From Octopus bimaculoides (Eukaryota), in the NCBI RefSeq assembly GCF_001194135.2, contig NC_068981.1, forward strand, positions 55,725,031 to 55,789,030: a stretch of 64,000 bases of DNA. The letters run 5' to 3'. The first letter of the stretch is position 1. Each line of letters starts with the position of its first letter. The notes beneath the pieces are model-generated. The model was not told the origin of the DNA. It saw only the letters and a list, made by a program, of their open reading frames with translations, and made no database searches. Positions 63,600-64,000 of the stretch are shown here, piece by piece. The position numbers were made by a program, and so were the translations under genes.

Positions 63600-64000
63600 T
63601 CATCATCATCATCATCGTTTAACGTCCGCTTTCCATGCTGGCATGAGTTGGACGATTTGACTGAGGACTGGTGAAACCGGATGGCAACACCAGGCTCCAA
63701 TCTAATTTGGCAGAGTTTCTACAGCTGGATGCCCTTCCTAACGCCAACCACTCCGAGAGTGTAGTGGGTGCTTTTACGTGTCACCTGCATGAGGGCCAGT
63801 CAGGCGGTACTGGCAACGGCCACGCTCAAAATGGTGTCTTTTATGTGTCACCCGCACAAGAGCCAGTCTAGCGGCACTAGCAACGATCTCACTTGGCTTG
63901 CCGGGTCTTCTCACGCACAGCACATTTCCAAAGGTCTCGGTCAGTAGTCATCGCCTCGGAGAGACCCAATGTTCGAAGGTCTTGCCTCACCACCTCAGCC
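63600..64000 (-). mobile_element. RTE LINE 3' end with complete 3' UTR and (GAT)n tail, running off the window
   Basis: 63888-64000 matches the ORF end at 8550-8660; the left part is the shared tail ...ggttggcgttaggaagggcatccagctgtagaaac...cggacgttaaacgatgatgat. Confidence 0.9.

Overview
AT-rich, repeat-dense animal genomic DNA with four N gaps (6259-7134, 8175-8190, 59770-60056, 61695-62400). The CDICGKxFS...[11 protein letters not shown] zinc-finger style and the repeat families point to an octopus-type cephalopod genome (inference). Host genes: (1) two tandem paralogous C2H2 zinc-finger genes on the minus strand (CDS 2465-3448 and 12475-13383); (2) a complete 9-exon WDR82 orthologue on the minus strand (40460 to 24133, 313 aa, one GC-AG intron); (3) the first coding exon of GLYCTK on the plus strand (46874-47271), head-to-head with WDR82. 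The rest is mostly mobile-element debris: RTE LINE fragments and their (GAT)n-tailed 3' ends, two Penelope-like elements, Tc1/mariner relics, TTAA-flanked MITEs, tRNA-derived SINEs and microsatellites. Most notable: a Penelope-like element bracketed by inverted repeats, each carrying a degenerate minimal hammerhead, with a tRNA-derived Pol III head on the 3' repeat; a PHD finger inserted inside the RT domain of the dominant RTE family; WDR82-GLYCTK divergent microsynteny apparently shared with human; and a zinc-finger duplication whose ancestral stop codon is still visible in the decayed tail of one paralogue. Repeat boundaries are approximate (by eye).
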